This document shows, one piece after another, positions 9,878 to 19,837 of a stretch of 64,000 nt of DNA. The number at the start of each line of letters is the position of its first letter. The first letter of the stretch is position 1. The notes under the pieces were generated by a model. The model made no database searches. It was not told the DNA's origin and worked only from the letters and a program-made list of their open reading frames with translations. The DNA is taken from NCBI GenBank assembly GCA_002419005.1, contig DIFF01000012.1, positions 17,436-81,435 of the forward strand. Direction: 5' to 3'. The position numbers and the translations under genes were made by a program. This DNA comes from Peptococcaceae bacterium UBA5755. Lineage in GTDB: Bacteria > Bacillota > Dehalobacteriia > UBA4068 > UBA5755.

Positions 9878-11086
9878 ATGAACTTACAAAAAGCCATAGA
9901 AAAAGCAACCGAGGCCATGGCTCTCTACGGCAAACAAAGAGAAGAATTAGACGAAGCCAATTTTAACAAAGTATTGGCCGCCATGCGAAAAAGCAAAATA
10001 ACCGACGCCCACTTAAAAAGCAGCTCCGGCTACGGTTACAACGACCGGGGCCGCGATGCTCTAGAAGAGGTGTGGGCAGAAGTGTTTAAAGCAGAAGCTG
10101 TCCTGGTACGCCAGCAAATAGTCTCCGGTACCCATGCCATATACTTGGCCCTTGCTGGCAATCTTTTACCGGGAGATGAGCTTTTAGCCCTTGGTACACC
10201 ATATGATACTCTACAAACCATTATCGGTCACAAAAAACATGTACCAGGTTCTTTAAGCGAACTCGGTATAAAATACCGGGAAATCCCTTTCAACTCATCC
10301 CCAGATGACATAGTAGCCAGCATCAAGCCACAAACCAAAATTTTTTCTATCCAACGCTCCAAAGGTTATACCTGGCGAGAATCTTTAAGCATTGCAAAAA
10401 TCGGCGAAATTACTAAGGCCATAAAAAAACACCACCCAGAGGTGATAGTTTTTGTGGATAATTGCTATGGTGAATTTGTGGAAAAAGAAGAACCAATCGA
10501 AGCTGGAGCTGATTTGTGTGCCGGTTCTCTCATCAAAAATGCCGGTGGGGGTTTAACCCCTTGTGGAGGCTATATTGCGGGCAAAAAAACTTTAATTGAA
10601 CGCTCTGCCGCCAAACTCACCACCCCTGGAGCCGGGCAAGAGGTTGGCCCCAGCCTAATGGATCAACGCATCTATTATCAGGGCCTTTTTATGGCCCCGC
10701 AGGTAGTGGGGGAGGCAATCCGGGGTAGTGTTTATGCCGCAACTTTAATGCAAGAGCTGGGCTTCAAGGTTCTCCCAACACCCCAAGCTCACCGCACCGA
10801 TATCGTCCAAGCTATTTGCCTGGAAACCAAAGAGCGTCTTTTAGCTTTTTGCCAAGGCATTCAAAAATATGGTCCGGTCGATTCCTTTGTTCTGCCAGTA
10901 CCAAACCTAATGCCGGGCTATAACCACCCTATAGTCATGGCGGCAGGTACCTTCATCCAGGGATCTTCCATAGAACTTTCTGCCGACGGGCCAATCACCC
11001 CACCATATAACGTGTTTTTGCAGGGCGGCCTAAACCGCTATCACACAAAAACCGCCTTAAACAACACCCTGCGGGAAATAATGTAA
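9878..11086 (+). CDS. ynbB: PLP-dependent Cys/Met-metabolism family protein (YnbB / aluminium-resistance-protein type)
   Basis: N-terminal region LYGKQREELDEANFNKVLAAMRKSKITDAHL...GYGYNDRGRDALEEVWAEVF and overall length are typical of the YnbB family. Confidence 0.65.
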   Translation: MNLQKAIEKATEAMALYGKQREELDEANFNKVLAAMRKSKITDAHLKSSSGYGYNDRGRDALEEVWAEVFKAEAVLVRQQIVSGTHAIYLALAGNLLPGDELLALGTPYDTLQTIIGHKKHVPGSLSELGIKYREIPFNSSPDDIVASIKPQTKIFSIQRSKGYTWRESLSIAKIGEITKAIKKHHPEVIVFVDNCYGEFVEKEEPIEAGADLCAGSLIKNAGGGLTPCGGYIAGKKTLIERSAAKLTTPGAGQEVGPSLMDQRIYYQGLFMAPQVVGEAIRGSVYAATLMQELGFKVLPTPQAHRTDIVQAICLETKERLLAFCQGIQKYGPVDSFVLPVPNLMPGYNHPIVMAAGTFIQGSSIELSADGPITPPYNVFLQGGLNRYHTKTALNNTLREIM

Positions 11087-11105
11087 ATTCAACATCTAAA
11101 ATAAA

Positions 11106-11145
11106 GTTAAGGCTCTGGACGAAAAATCCAGGGCCTTAACTTTAA
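11106..11145. terminator. bidirectional rho-independent terminator between ynbB (+) and the GGDEF sensor (-)
   Basis: gttaaggctctgga-cgaaaaa-tccagggccttaac, flanked by T-runs on both strands. Confidence 0.6.
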
Positions 11146-11164
11146 TGCTTTTTAACATGTGAAT

Positions 11165-13486
11165 TTATAATAGGACATGTCCGAGATTATCCTCATTTTT
11201 ATCTTCGTTATTTGATATCACTGGAGCAATGACAACCCTGTTTTTGCCCTTGTTTTTTGCCTGGTATAAAGCTTTATCGGCAGCTCTCAAGAGCTCTTTC
11301 CCGGTAAGTCCGTGCTGTGGATAAGCAGCAACGCCGAGGGAAATCGTACATTCCCTCAAGGGCTGCCCCATGTGGTAAACCAAAAGCTTTCTTATGCCAA
11401 GCCGTAGTTTTTCAGCAAAACGTCCTGTATCTTCTAGTGTTGAGTTTGGAAATACTGCCACAAATTCCTCACCGCCGTAACGGGTTACAATATCTTCGAC
11501 ACGGGTCCCCTTTAATAAAAATTCCCCCAGTTCGTGAAGCAAGGCATCGCCGCCGTCATGTCCAAAAGTATCATTAAACTCCTTAAAGTGGTCGATATCA
11601 AACATAATAATTCCTACCGATTTTTTTTCCCGTTCCGCACGATGGAGTTCTCTTGTCAAAGATTCCTCCATATATCTTCGGTTAAAAAGCCCGGTAAGTG
11701 GGTCACGGATGGACTGCTGTCGTATTGTCTCCCACATTTTTAAGTTAGACAGAGCAAGGGCAACATGATTAGCAATGGTCATGATCAACTGAATTGTACA
11801 CTCCTTGTTTTGTATTGTCTGTTGATCCTGGGAAATCAAAGCCTGATCTACCTGATTTAAATGAAGTACCCCTATGGTCTCCCCATGCGCGATCATAGGT
11901 ACACAAAGATATCGTCTGTCTTGTGGGCCATTAATATGTCCACAGCGTAGTTCTGGATGAGAGTGGTCAATTATATGCGGCTGGCCTCGCCTTATCGCCC
12001 AGCAATCAAGCGGCGCAAATATTTTTTCTGAAAAGGTATAATTGCCCCACATTCCGCCCTCTTCAGCCAAATCCTTATTGGGATTAATCATATATAGGTT
12101 GCCACAGCTGTTCGGACAGATCATTTTAATATACTGAGCACTGATGGAACAAGCCTCCTCAACTGTCTGACAATTTTGAAGCTGTTCGCTCATTTCCCTC
12201 ATTTGGTTCAATTCCTCTGTTCTTGTCTCAAGTTCCTTAATCCAGACAGTAAGCTGTTGGTTTACTTCCTCAACTTCTTTTTCTGCCTGTCTCTGTTCCG
12301 TAATATCAATGCCAGTAGCAACAACATATTCTACTTTATCTTTTTTGTCATTAAGAAGTACGGTATTAATCCAGCTTATTAGCCGCTTTTCCCCGCTCCG
12401 GGTAACCCATAGACTTTCAAAACAGGTGGGATATTGTCCGCTGAACAGCTTCCGAAGCTCCTGCTCAACAAACACAGGATTGGCAGAGATAATATCTTCA
12501 AGTTTCCTGCCTATAGCCTCCTGCGAAGAATAACCTGATAATTTCTCGCAACTCCGGTTAAATACGCTAACTACACCTTCCCGATTAAGAACCAATACCA
12601 GCGATGCAGTCGTATCAAGTATGGCATTTGTAAAGTCGCGTTCTTTTTTAACTTTTTCTTCCACCTGTTTTTGACTAGTAATATCACGTATCGAGGTTAG
12701 TAGTAGGCCATCCTGACCTTTGTAACTTATAATGTCAGTGTTAATAAGAACAGTTCTGATCCTGCCGTCTTTTCTTTTATATTTCGCTTCAAAATCACGC
12801 ACTACGCCGGTTTCCTTCGTTAAATCCAAGAGTCGTTTTCTATCAAAGGAATTATAGTAAAAGTCAAAAGTCTTTATAATTTTTAGCTCATCTTCTGTAT
12901 ACTCCAGAAGTTCCTGCATTGCCTGGTTGCTGGCAAATATTTTTCCTTGAAAATCCGTTACGGTTATGCCAACCGGAGCACTATTAAACAAAAAATAATA
13001 TCGTTCTTCCGAATCCTGAAGCTCCTCCTGCATTTTTTTTAACGAAGTAATATCCTGTATTGAAGTTAAGGTTATTTTTTCATCATCAAAAATTATTTCG
13101 TCAGAATTTATAAGTACCGTTATTAAAGTCCCATTTTTATTTTTTAATTTTGCCTCAATATTACGCAAATGGCTATTATTGCTCATAGCTTGCCTGATCT
13201 TTTCGTCCGCATCAGGATCGACAAATACGTCAGATACACTCATGGATGCCAATTCTTCTTGGGTATATCCCAGTAAATCCTGCAACATTTTATTTGTATT
13301 TAAGATATTTCCCTGAATGCTAGTTATGCCAAGACCTATAGGCACAGCGTTAAAAAAACGCTGATAATCACTGCCAGGTTTTTCTAAAGCTACAGCCAAA
13401 TCTCTATGTTTGTATTCAGTTTCATCCAATTCCTTTTTTTGATTACTCAATATGTTGGATTGGCCACTCATATTGTCCTTTTTCAT
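11165..13486 (-). CDS. multi-PAS/GAF sensor diguanylate cyclase (GGDEF)
   Basis: Several PAS-like repeats (coiled-coil linkers, ...ITERK/ITSQK...). A GAF-like segment. C-terminal GGDEF domain with RYGGEEF and the upstream DxLT. Confidence 0.8.
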   Translation of the reverse strand: MKKDNMSGQSNILSNQKKELDETEYKHRDLAVALEKPGSDYQRFFNAVPIGLGITSIQGNILNTNKMLQDLLGYTQEELASMSVSDVFVDPDADEKIRQAMSNNSHLRNIEAKLKNKNGTLITVLINSDEIIFDDEKITLTSIQDITSLKKMQEELQDSEERYYFLFNSAPVGITVTDFQGKIFASNQAMQELLEYTEDELKIIKTFDFYYNSFDRKRLLDLTKETGVVRDFEAKYKRKDGRIRTVLINTDIISYKGQDGLLLTSIRDITSQKQVEEKVKKERDFTNAILDTTASLVLVLNREGVVSVFNRSCEKLSGYSSQEAIGRKLEDIISANPVFVEQELRKLFSGQYPTCFESLWVTRSGEKRLISWINTVLLNDKKDKVEYVVATGIDITEQRQAEKEVEEVNQQLTVWIKELETRTEELNQMREMSEQLQNCQTVEEACSISAQYIKMICPNSCGNLYMINPNKDLAEEGGMWGNYTFSEKIFAPLDCWAIRRGQPHIIDHSHPELRCGHINGPQDRRYLCVPMIAHGETIGVLHLNQVDQALISQDQQTIQNKECTIQLIMTIANHVALALSNLKMWETIRQQSIRDPLTGLFNRRYMEESLTRELHRAEREKKSVGIIMFDIDHFKEFNDTFGHDGGDALLHELGEFLLKGTRVEDIVTRYGGEEFVAVFPNSTLEDTGRFAEKLRLGIRKLLVYHMGQPLRECTISLGVAAYPQHGLTGKELLRAADKALYQAKNKGKNRVVIAPVISNNEDKNEDNLGHVLL

Positions 13487-13709
13487 ATATAACCCCCAAC
13501 AAATTTAATTAAAAATCAAATGCCCATTATATGTTTTTATAAAGGGTTTTTACCTTATTTAACACAAATTTAAGAATAATACATTTTCTCCCATTTGGCA
13601 ATTGTTAAAATATAAAAAGGCCTTAATTATATATTTCTTATTTTTGTTTTTAATAACTATCTAAATTTTTTATCCAGAGTCTTAGTTTAATGCTTCAATA
13701 GTCTCGATT

Positions 13710-14180
13710 TTATATTTCTCCTGATAAGATGGCTCTGACCGCATTGCCAATTTCCTCATAGCTTGTGCACCGGCAAATATTGCTTTGCAGCCACTCGTCA
13801 ATCACGATATCGGGCGGATAAGGGTGAATAGTAGCAAGAGCGTGGCAGACCAGTAAAAAACCGGAGGTGCAGTAGCCGCATTGAAAAGCAAATTTTTCAA
13901 TAAACGCTTTCTGGATCGGCACATTTTTAAGCCCCTCAACCGTAGTAATTTTTTTACCTAATGCTTCCACCGTTAGCATAAGACAGGATTTTACCGGCCA
14001 GCCGTCAATAAGCACAGTGCAGGCCCCACAGTCCCCGTTTTCACATCCCGGTTTCGCACCCGTTAAGCCTAGCTGATCCCGAAGCGTGTTTAAAAGAACA
14101 TCCGACGGACGGATAACGACGTCGTGGATTTCCTTGTTGACATTAAGTTGAACAATATTTTTCCCCTTTAAACTATACAT
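13710..14180 (-). CDS. (2Fe-2S)-binding small subunit of a xanthine-dehydrogenase/CO-dehydrogenase-family molybdoenzyme (CoxS-like)
   Basis: CENGDCGACTV and CGYCTSG cysteine clusters. Confidence 0.85.
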   Translation of the reverse strand: MYSLKGKNIVQLNVNKEIHDVVIRPSDVLLNTLRDQLGLTGAKPGCENGDCGACTVLIDGWPVKSCLMLTVEALGKKITTVEGLKNVPIQKAFIEKFAFQCGYCTSGFLLVCHALATIHPYPPDIVIDEWLQSNICRCTSYEEIGNAVRAILSGEI

Positions 14181-14182
14181 AA

Positions 14183-15016
14183 TTACTGATCCTTTAATGT
14201 TTCTAAAATATTTACTATGGTGTTTTTCAGAACGTATTTCCGGTATTCCGCTGAGCCGTATAAGTCGCTTGTTATTACACCTGATAATGCCTGAACAATT
14301 TTATCCGCTCTTTGTGAAAATTCGAGACTGGAATCGTTTAACATGTTTTCAATATTTGCCTCTCTGAAGGGGTATGAGGCAAGCCCGCTGAAGGCAATCC
14401 GGACATAACCGTCCAATTTTAATCCTTCTGCTGTAATCAAAGGATAGTCAATTTTTTCGTTTTTTGTTTTTTTCACATGAAAGTAGGGGGCTATTAAAAA
14501 TTTTTTGTCTATGGTTGCTTTTACAAGAAATTCTCCTTTTTGAAGCCTAAGCCGTTCCTTAAATACTTGGCCGATTTCCACTTCAGCAAGACCGTTTTTG
14601 CCGGCAACCGTCAGCCTGGCATTTGTTAGTAAAAGCGGCAAAACGGTTTCCCGATAAATAATCGTCGATGCAAGGTTCCCTCCAAATGTAATTTTACCCT
14701 GCATCGTATGGTCTGCAATACGGCCGGCAGTTTTGCTGAGTAGGGGAAAATAATTTGCTTCAGTTATATCAGATAAAGTAATTGCGCTTCCCAAACAAAG
14801 GGTATCCGCATTAAACCCTAAAACTTTACATTCGGGAATATTTTTAATATCCACGACCGCACCAAAGGATTGGCTTCCGACTCGAGCCATACTAATAAGT
14901 TCGGTGCCACCGCCATAATATACCGGAGACTTGCCTTCCTTATCAAGTTTTAAAAAAATATCAACTGCTTCTTTGAGTGTGTCCGGTCTATAATATTCAA
15001 AATCAAATGAAATCAT
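14183..15016 (-). CDS. FAD-binding medium subunit (CoxM-like)
   Basis: FAD-binding PCMH-type fold motifs (YYGGGTEL). Start ATG overlaps the large-subunit stop (ATGA), indicating translational coupling. Confidence 0.75.
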   Translation of the reverse strand: MISFDFEYYRPDTLKEAVDIFLKLDKEGKSPVYYGGGTELISMARVGSQSFGAVVDIKNIPECKVLGFNADTLCLGSAITLSDITEANYFPLLSKTAGRIADHTMQGKITFGGNLASTIIYRETVLPLLLTNARLTVAGKNGLAEVEIGQVFKERLRLQKGEFLVKATIDKKFLIAPYFHVKKTKNEKIDYPLITAEGLKLDGYVRIAFSGLASYPFREANIENMLNDSSLEFSQRADKIVQALSGVITSDLYGSAEYRKYVLKNTIVNILETLKDQ

Positions 15017-17355
15017 AAAACTCCTCCGGTTTTTATTCTCCATATGGTTTCCGGAACAAGCGGAAGTTCATCCAATTCGGCCTGCACAGCAACAGAAAGC
15101 GCATTTCCAAGGGCTGCCGGTATCCCGATGATCCCATGCTCTGCAATTCCCCTTGCCTCATACGGGGAATCCAGCTGAGGAGTTTCAACAAATTCAACCA
15201 AATACTGCGGCGTTTCCCCAAAATGCATAACCTTATAACTTCGGAGACTCGTATCCAAAACCTCCCCCTCTGGCCCGTAATTAAAACATTCCCGGCTGCC
15301 AAGCCCAAGACCCATACACATACCACCCTTCACCAGGGATTCCGCCATGGACGGATTCAATAAATTCCCCGCGTCCATTACAGTCGCCGCTTTGATAAAC
15401 CTGTAGGTATACTCTTTTTTATCAAATTCAATCTCCACCGCTTGAGCTCCAACCGTCCAGTAGGGGCCTGCCTTACCTTTGCCGGTTTCTTTGTCCAAAA
15501 CGTTAATATCGCTCATAATAAAGCTGCCGCGTCCCAGAATTTGCCCTTCAACCGAATTACCGTTATTATACTTATAACCGTGCACAAGGTCTTTAAAATT
15601 AAGAAAAATGGCAGGATCGCTTTTCACATATATCTTTTCGTCCTCCACCTCAAGATTTTCCGGCGGGCATCTCAAAACAACCGCAGCAAGGCTTTTTAAT
15701 TGTCTTATTACATCTTCAGCTGCCCGTAAAACGGCACGCCCCAGCATAAAAGTAGTCATGCTGGCTACTGTTTTCCAATGTTTCGGACTGTATTTTGTAT
15801 TAACATCCATATTAACGTAAATTCGGTTGATATCCATCTTCAGTTTTTCCGATAAAATTTGCGCAGCAGTCGTTTTCATGGCCGGACCATATTCAACACA
15901 GCCACAATTTAAGTTGATGCTGCCATCTTCATTAAAAGTCAAAAAAACACCAGAAACCTCATCCGGTGGCGAATTGGAGGTCTTCCATAAGCATGCCATT
16001 CCTTTGGCTTTGATTTTATCGTTGCCGATTTCCAATCGATCGCCTTCCTCCCAGTTAATCAGGGTTTTCAGCTTATCAATGCAAGCCACAAGATTACCAA
16101 AATTACTTTCGGTTACCTTAACCTGTGTCGGTGTCGTATGATTCGGCAGCAACGAATTTATTTTCCGGAACTCGGCGGGATCCATTTGAAGCCTACGGGC
16201 GAGTTTATCTATCATCCGTTCGATACAGAACGTATAAGAAGCATGACCAAATCCACGGAAGGCGGTGACATAAGGATGGTTTGTATAAACACACAAAACA
16301 TCGCACCAAACGTTATCAATGTTGTATGGGCCTGTACAGTCCACTGCTATTGCTCTAGCAAGACGCGGACCGGTATCAGAATATGCCCCTGTGTCAACAA
16401 GATAGGTCATTTGTATAGCTTTAAGCTTCCCATCTTTGGAAGCACCAAGCTTAATTATTGCCTCCAGCCCCATTCGGCAGGGAGAGGTGACAATATCGTT
16501 TTCGCGGGAATTTATAATCTTTATTTCTCTTCCTCCAACCGCTTTTGAGGCCATATAGGCCAAAAGTTCAAGCTGAATTGAGGCTTTACCGCCAAATCCG
16601 CCGCCAACAAATGGAACTTCGACGATCACCTTGCCCTCTTCCAAGCCAAAAACCTTACTAATTTCTTTTTTGATACCATGCGGAGCCTGGGAGGCCGAGC
16701 GAATGAAAACAGTGCCATCCGCATTGATCTTTGCCTGCGCCGTTCTGGTTTCCATGGCAATATGATCCGATTGAGGAAGAATAAAACGGGCTTCCTCAAT
16801 AATATCGCTTTCAAAAAATCCCTTTTGAATGTCGCCTTTCCGTATCTGTTTTTGGTCACAAATATTTGTTCCCGGTTTAGGATAGACATCTTCCACAACT
16901 GTTTTGTAACTGCCCAGGTTTTCATGCAAAATTACGGCTCCTTGCCGAATTGCTTCTGAAGGGGAATTAACAACGGGCAGTGGTTCATATTCAACTTTAA
17001 TCAAAAAAACTGCCTGTGACGCAATAAATTCGTTATCAGCGACAACAAGCGCAATCGGTTCCCCGTAATACCGCACTTTTTTATGAGCCAACGGAGGCCT
17101 GTCCTCAAGTAACGGGCCGTATATAACGGAACAATTGTCTCCGGTTATGATTGCTCTAACCCCCGGCAGAGAAGAGGCCTGGGCTATATCAATTTTCTTG
17201 ATTGCTGCATGCGCGCATGTACTCGTTACCATTTTTGCCGTTAAAATACCAACGGAAATAAAATCATTGGTATATTTTGCATCCCCGGTTACCTTATTGC
17301 ATGCTTCCTTACGGATGACCGTTACGCCAATCCCTGTTTTGGGCATAGATATCAC
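15013..17355 (-). CDS. molybdopterin-binding large subunit of an XDH/CODH-family enzyme (CoxL-like), substrate unassigned
   Basis: About 780 aa. Typical aldehyde oxidase/xanthine dehydrogenase a/b hammerhead and MoCo-binding segments (GGGFGGK, etc.). Confidence 0.8.
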   Translation of the reverse strand: MISMPKTGIGVTVIRKEACNKVTGDAKYTNDFISVGILTAKMVTSTCAHAAIKKIDIAQASSLPGVRAIITGDNCSVIYGPLLEDRPPLAHKKVRYYGEPIALVVADNEFIASQAVFLIKVEYEPLPVVNSPSEAIRQGAVILHENLGSYKTVVEDVYPKPGTNICDQKQIRKGDIQKGFFESDIIEEARFILPQSDHIAMETRTAQAKINADGTVFIRSASQAPHGIKKEISKVFGLEEGKVIVEVPFVGGGFGGKASIQLELLAYMASKAVGGREIKIINSRENDIVTSPCRMGLEAIIKLGASKDGKLKAIQMTYLVDTGAYSDTGPRLARAIAVDCTGPYNIDNVWCDVLCVYTNHPYVTAFRGFGHASYTFCIERMIDKLARRLQMDPAEFRKINSLLPNHTTPTQVKVTESNFGNLVACIDKLKTLINWEEGDRLEIGNDKIKAKGMACLWKTSNSPPDEVSGVFLTFNEDGSINLNCGCVEYGPAMKTTAAQILSEKLKMDINRIYVNMDVNTKYSPKHWKTVASMTTFMLGRAVLRAAEDVIRQLKSLAAVVLRCPPENLEVEDEKIYVKSDPAIFLNFKDLVHGYKYNNGNSVEGQILGRGSFIMSDINVLDKETGKGKAGPYWTVGAQAVEIEFDKKEYTYRFIKAATVMDAGNLLNPSMAESLVKGGMCMGLGLGSRECFNYGPEGEVLDTSLRSYKVMHFGETPQYLVEFVETPQLDSPYEARGIAEHGIIGIPAALGNALSVAVQAELDELPLVPETIWRIKTGGVL

Positions 17356-17438
17356 CTCTTAATTATTTAATTATTATTCACATACCTGTAAAATAATATA
17401 CCAGCAGAAATAAGTCTTGATATTTTTAGGATAATTTG

Positions 17439-17504
17439 TTGATTTTTAAGCCTATCTGTGGTAAAATAGATTATGTCGTTATGCTTTGTAAAGTATAACG
17501 ACAT
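17439..17504 (+). promoter_or_regulatory. modA promoter (TTGATT-17-TGgTAAAAT) with a downstream 10-bp-arm palindromic operator
   Basis: -35 at 17439-17444 and -10 at 17462-17467. Palindrome atgtcgttat-N12-ataacgacat at 17473-17504, with a half-site resembling ModE-type TATAACGA. Confidence 0.45.
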
Positions 17505-17538
17505 AAAGACATAACGAAAAAGGAGATTAAAATCTAAA

Positions 17539-18333
17539 ATGAAGAAAAAATTTTATTTGTTGTTGCTTATTGTTACTATGATATGCCTGGTTTTTGCAGG
17601 CTGCTCTAATTCTACTAATACAGGAAGCACAACTTCTCAAAACGAACCTCCGGTAAATCTATTAGTTTATGCAGGCGCTGGATTGAAAATGCCCTTAGAG
17701 GAAATCAAAACCGCCTTCGAAGCGGAAAACAATGTCATCATAGAATACGTTTACGCTGGTTCCGCCCAACTGTTGTCTCAAATTGAAACATCCGGCAAGG
17801 GAGATGTTTTTATCGTAGGTTCCGAGAATACATACAATAAAGCAATAGAAAAGGATTTAGCCAACGAAAGCAAATTAGTAGCTCATCACACTCCGGCAAT
17901 CATGGTAGCCAAGGGGAACCCCAAAAATATTCAAACCCTGGAAGATCTGACCCAAGAAGGTATTAAAGTTGTCCTGGGCGACCCACAAGCAAATGCCATT
18001 GGTGCCACCGCTCAAAAATTGATCGAAAAAAATAATCTGCAAGATATAAATAACAACGTCGTTGCGCAAACCTCCACCATTAACGAGATTGTTACCGCTA
18101 TCACTGCCGGGAATGCCGATGCAGGAATAGTAACTACAGACTCTGCATACGGCAACAACGCGGTGGAGCTAATTGCCATCCCCGATGCTCAAAATATAGA
18201 TCAGCTGATCCCCATTGGTTCTCTAAAGATTTCTACCAATCCGGAAATAGTGGCTACTTTTGTTGATTTTGTGGCTTCAGAATCAGGTAAAGCTATATTT
18301 GAAAAATACGGGTTTGCTCCTGTAACAGAATAG
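17539..18333 (+). CDS. modA: molybdate/tungstate ABC transporter substrate-binding lipoprotein
   Basis: Lipobox FAGCS. ModA/TupA-type periplasmic binding fold (...VYAGSAQL...). Confidence 0.75.
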   Translation: MKKKFYLLLLIVTMICLVFAGCSNSTNTGSTTSQNEPPVNLLVYAGAGLKMPLEEIKTAFEAENNVIIEYVYAGSAQLLSQIETSGKGDVFIVGSENTYNKAIEKDLANESKLVAHHTPAIMVAKGNPKNIQTLEDLTQEGIKVVLGDPQANAIGATAQKLIEKNNLQDINNNVVAQTSTINEIVTAITAGNADAGIVTTDSAYGNNAVELIAIPDAQNIDQLIPIGSLKISTNPEIVATFVDFVASESGKAIFEKYGFAPVTE

Positions 18334-18351
18334 TGAGATAAAATAACCAAG

Positions 18352-19137
18352 ATGCCAAATAAGCTTTTCGCCGGTTTGTTAAAATCAGTGCTTATTTTTG
18401 CTGCAGTATTTTTGTTAACTCCGCTGGCGGTCCTGATCATCAAAGGCCTAAACTATATCATTCCCAGCCTGATGTCGCCGGAAGTAATTTTTTCCCTCAA
18501 ACTCAGCCTAGAAACATCCACTATTTCCACGGCAATCTGTATGCTAATAGCAATACCAGCCAGTTATGCCTTGTACAAATATACTTCCAGATATAGGCAC
18601 TTAATCGAAAATATTTTATATACCCCAATGTCTCTTCCTCATCTGGTTTCCGGGGTAGCTTTGTTGTTGCTTTTTGGCAGAAACGGCATCGGAGATTTTT
18701 TGTATAATCATTTTCATATCGATTTTGTTTTTACGGCCTATGGGATAACATTGGCCCAACTATTCGTCCATCTTCCCTTTGCCATCAAAATAACCCTGAC
18801 CTCCTTAGAAGAGATCAACCAAAAAATGATCTTTACCGCTAGGACTCTGGGGTGTAATGAATTTCAATCTTTTATCCATATCATTCTGCCTTCTCTTAGA
18901 AGAAGCATTCTCTCAAATATTATCATGACTTGGTCGAGAGCACTGGGTGAGTTTGGCGCGGTAATGATGCTGGCGGGTACTACCAGGATGAAAACCGAGG
19001 TATTACCCACCAGTATCTTTCTTAATATGGCAACCGGAGACCTTGATCTGGCAATCGGAACAGCCGCTATCCTGATCATTTTGTCATTGGCTTGTATGCT
19101 TATATTCAATTCTTTACTTTCCCCAAAAAGAAGGTGA
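18352..19137 (+). CDS. modB: molybdate ABC transporter permease
   Basis: Multi-TM permease with the EAA-like loop (...SRALGEFGAVMMLAG...). Confidence 0.75.
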   Translation: MPNKLFAGLLKSVLIFAAVFLLTPLAVLIIKGLNYIIPSLMSPEVIFSLKLSLETSTISTAICMLIAIPASYALYKYTSRYRHLIENILYTPMSLPHLVSGVALLLLFGRNGIGDFLYNHFHIDFVFTAYGITLAQLFVHLPFAIKITLTSLEEINQKMIFTARTLGCNEFQSFIHIILPSLRRSILSNIIMTWSRALGEFGAVMMLAGTTRMKTEVLPTSIFLNMATGDLDLAIGTAAILIILSLACMLIFNSLLSPKRR

Positions 19138-19141
19138 CTGT

Positions 19142-19837
19142 ATGCTGGATATTACAGATTTTTATGTCAAAGTCGAAGAGTTTTTTCTTAAAGAAATCAA
19201 TCTTAAACTTAATCAAGGAGAATATTTTGTTGTCTGGGGCGAAAGTGGTGCCGGCAAAACGGTATTTTTGGAGAGTATTGTCGGCAGATACAAATTACAA
19301 ACCGGTGCAATCAGCTTGTCGGGCAGACGCATCAGCGATTTACCACCCGAAAAACGTCACATTGGTTTTGTTTATCAAGATTACGAATTGTTTCCGCATC
19401 TTAAAGTCAAAGATAATATCATGTTTCCTCTGCGTCTGCAAAAGGTACCCAAAAAAGATTATCAAAAAAAATGCAATGAAATGATGGAAATATTGAACAT
19501 CAGTCATCTAAAAGGTCGCTATCCCAATGATCTAAGCGGAGGAGAAAAACAAAGAGTAGCCATCGGGCGGGCCTTGATCATGTCTCCCAAGCTTTTACTT
19601 TTAGATGAGCCTTTCAGCTCGCTTGACTATACCAACAAACAGAATATCAAACAGCTATTGAAAGATATTCATCATAAATTTAAGCCGACAGTGATTCATG
19701 TCACGCATGATATTAAAGAAGCCTTTTATTTTGCCGACCGAATTGGTATAATTAGAAATAACACATTGGATAAGATCATTAATAACGGTGAACTGAAAAA
19801 AATGGTAAAAGAGGAGGACTTCTATGAATATATATGA
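19142..19837 (+). CDS. modC: ABC transporter ATP-binding protein (molybdate-type)
   Basis: Walker A GESGAGKT. Signature LSGGEKQRVAIGRAL. Walker B LLLDEPFSSLD. Confidence 0.8.
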   Translation: MLDITDFYVKVEEFFLKEINLKLNQGEYFVVWGESGAGKTVFLESIVGRYKLQTGAISLSGRRISDLPPEKRHIGFVYQDYELFPHLKVKDNIMFPLRLQKVPKKDYQKKCNEMMEILNISHLKGRYPNDLSGGEKQRVAIGRALIMSPKLLLLDEPFSSLDYTNKQNIKQLLKDIHHKFKPTVIHVTHDIKEAFYFADRIGIIRNNTLDKIINNGELKKMVKEEDFYEYI

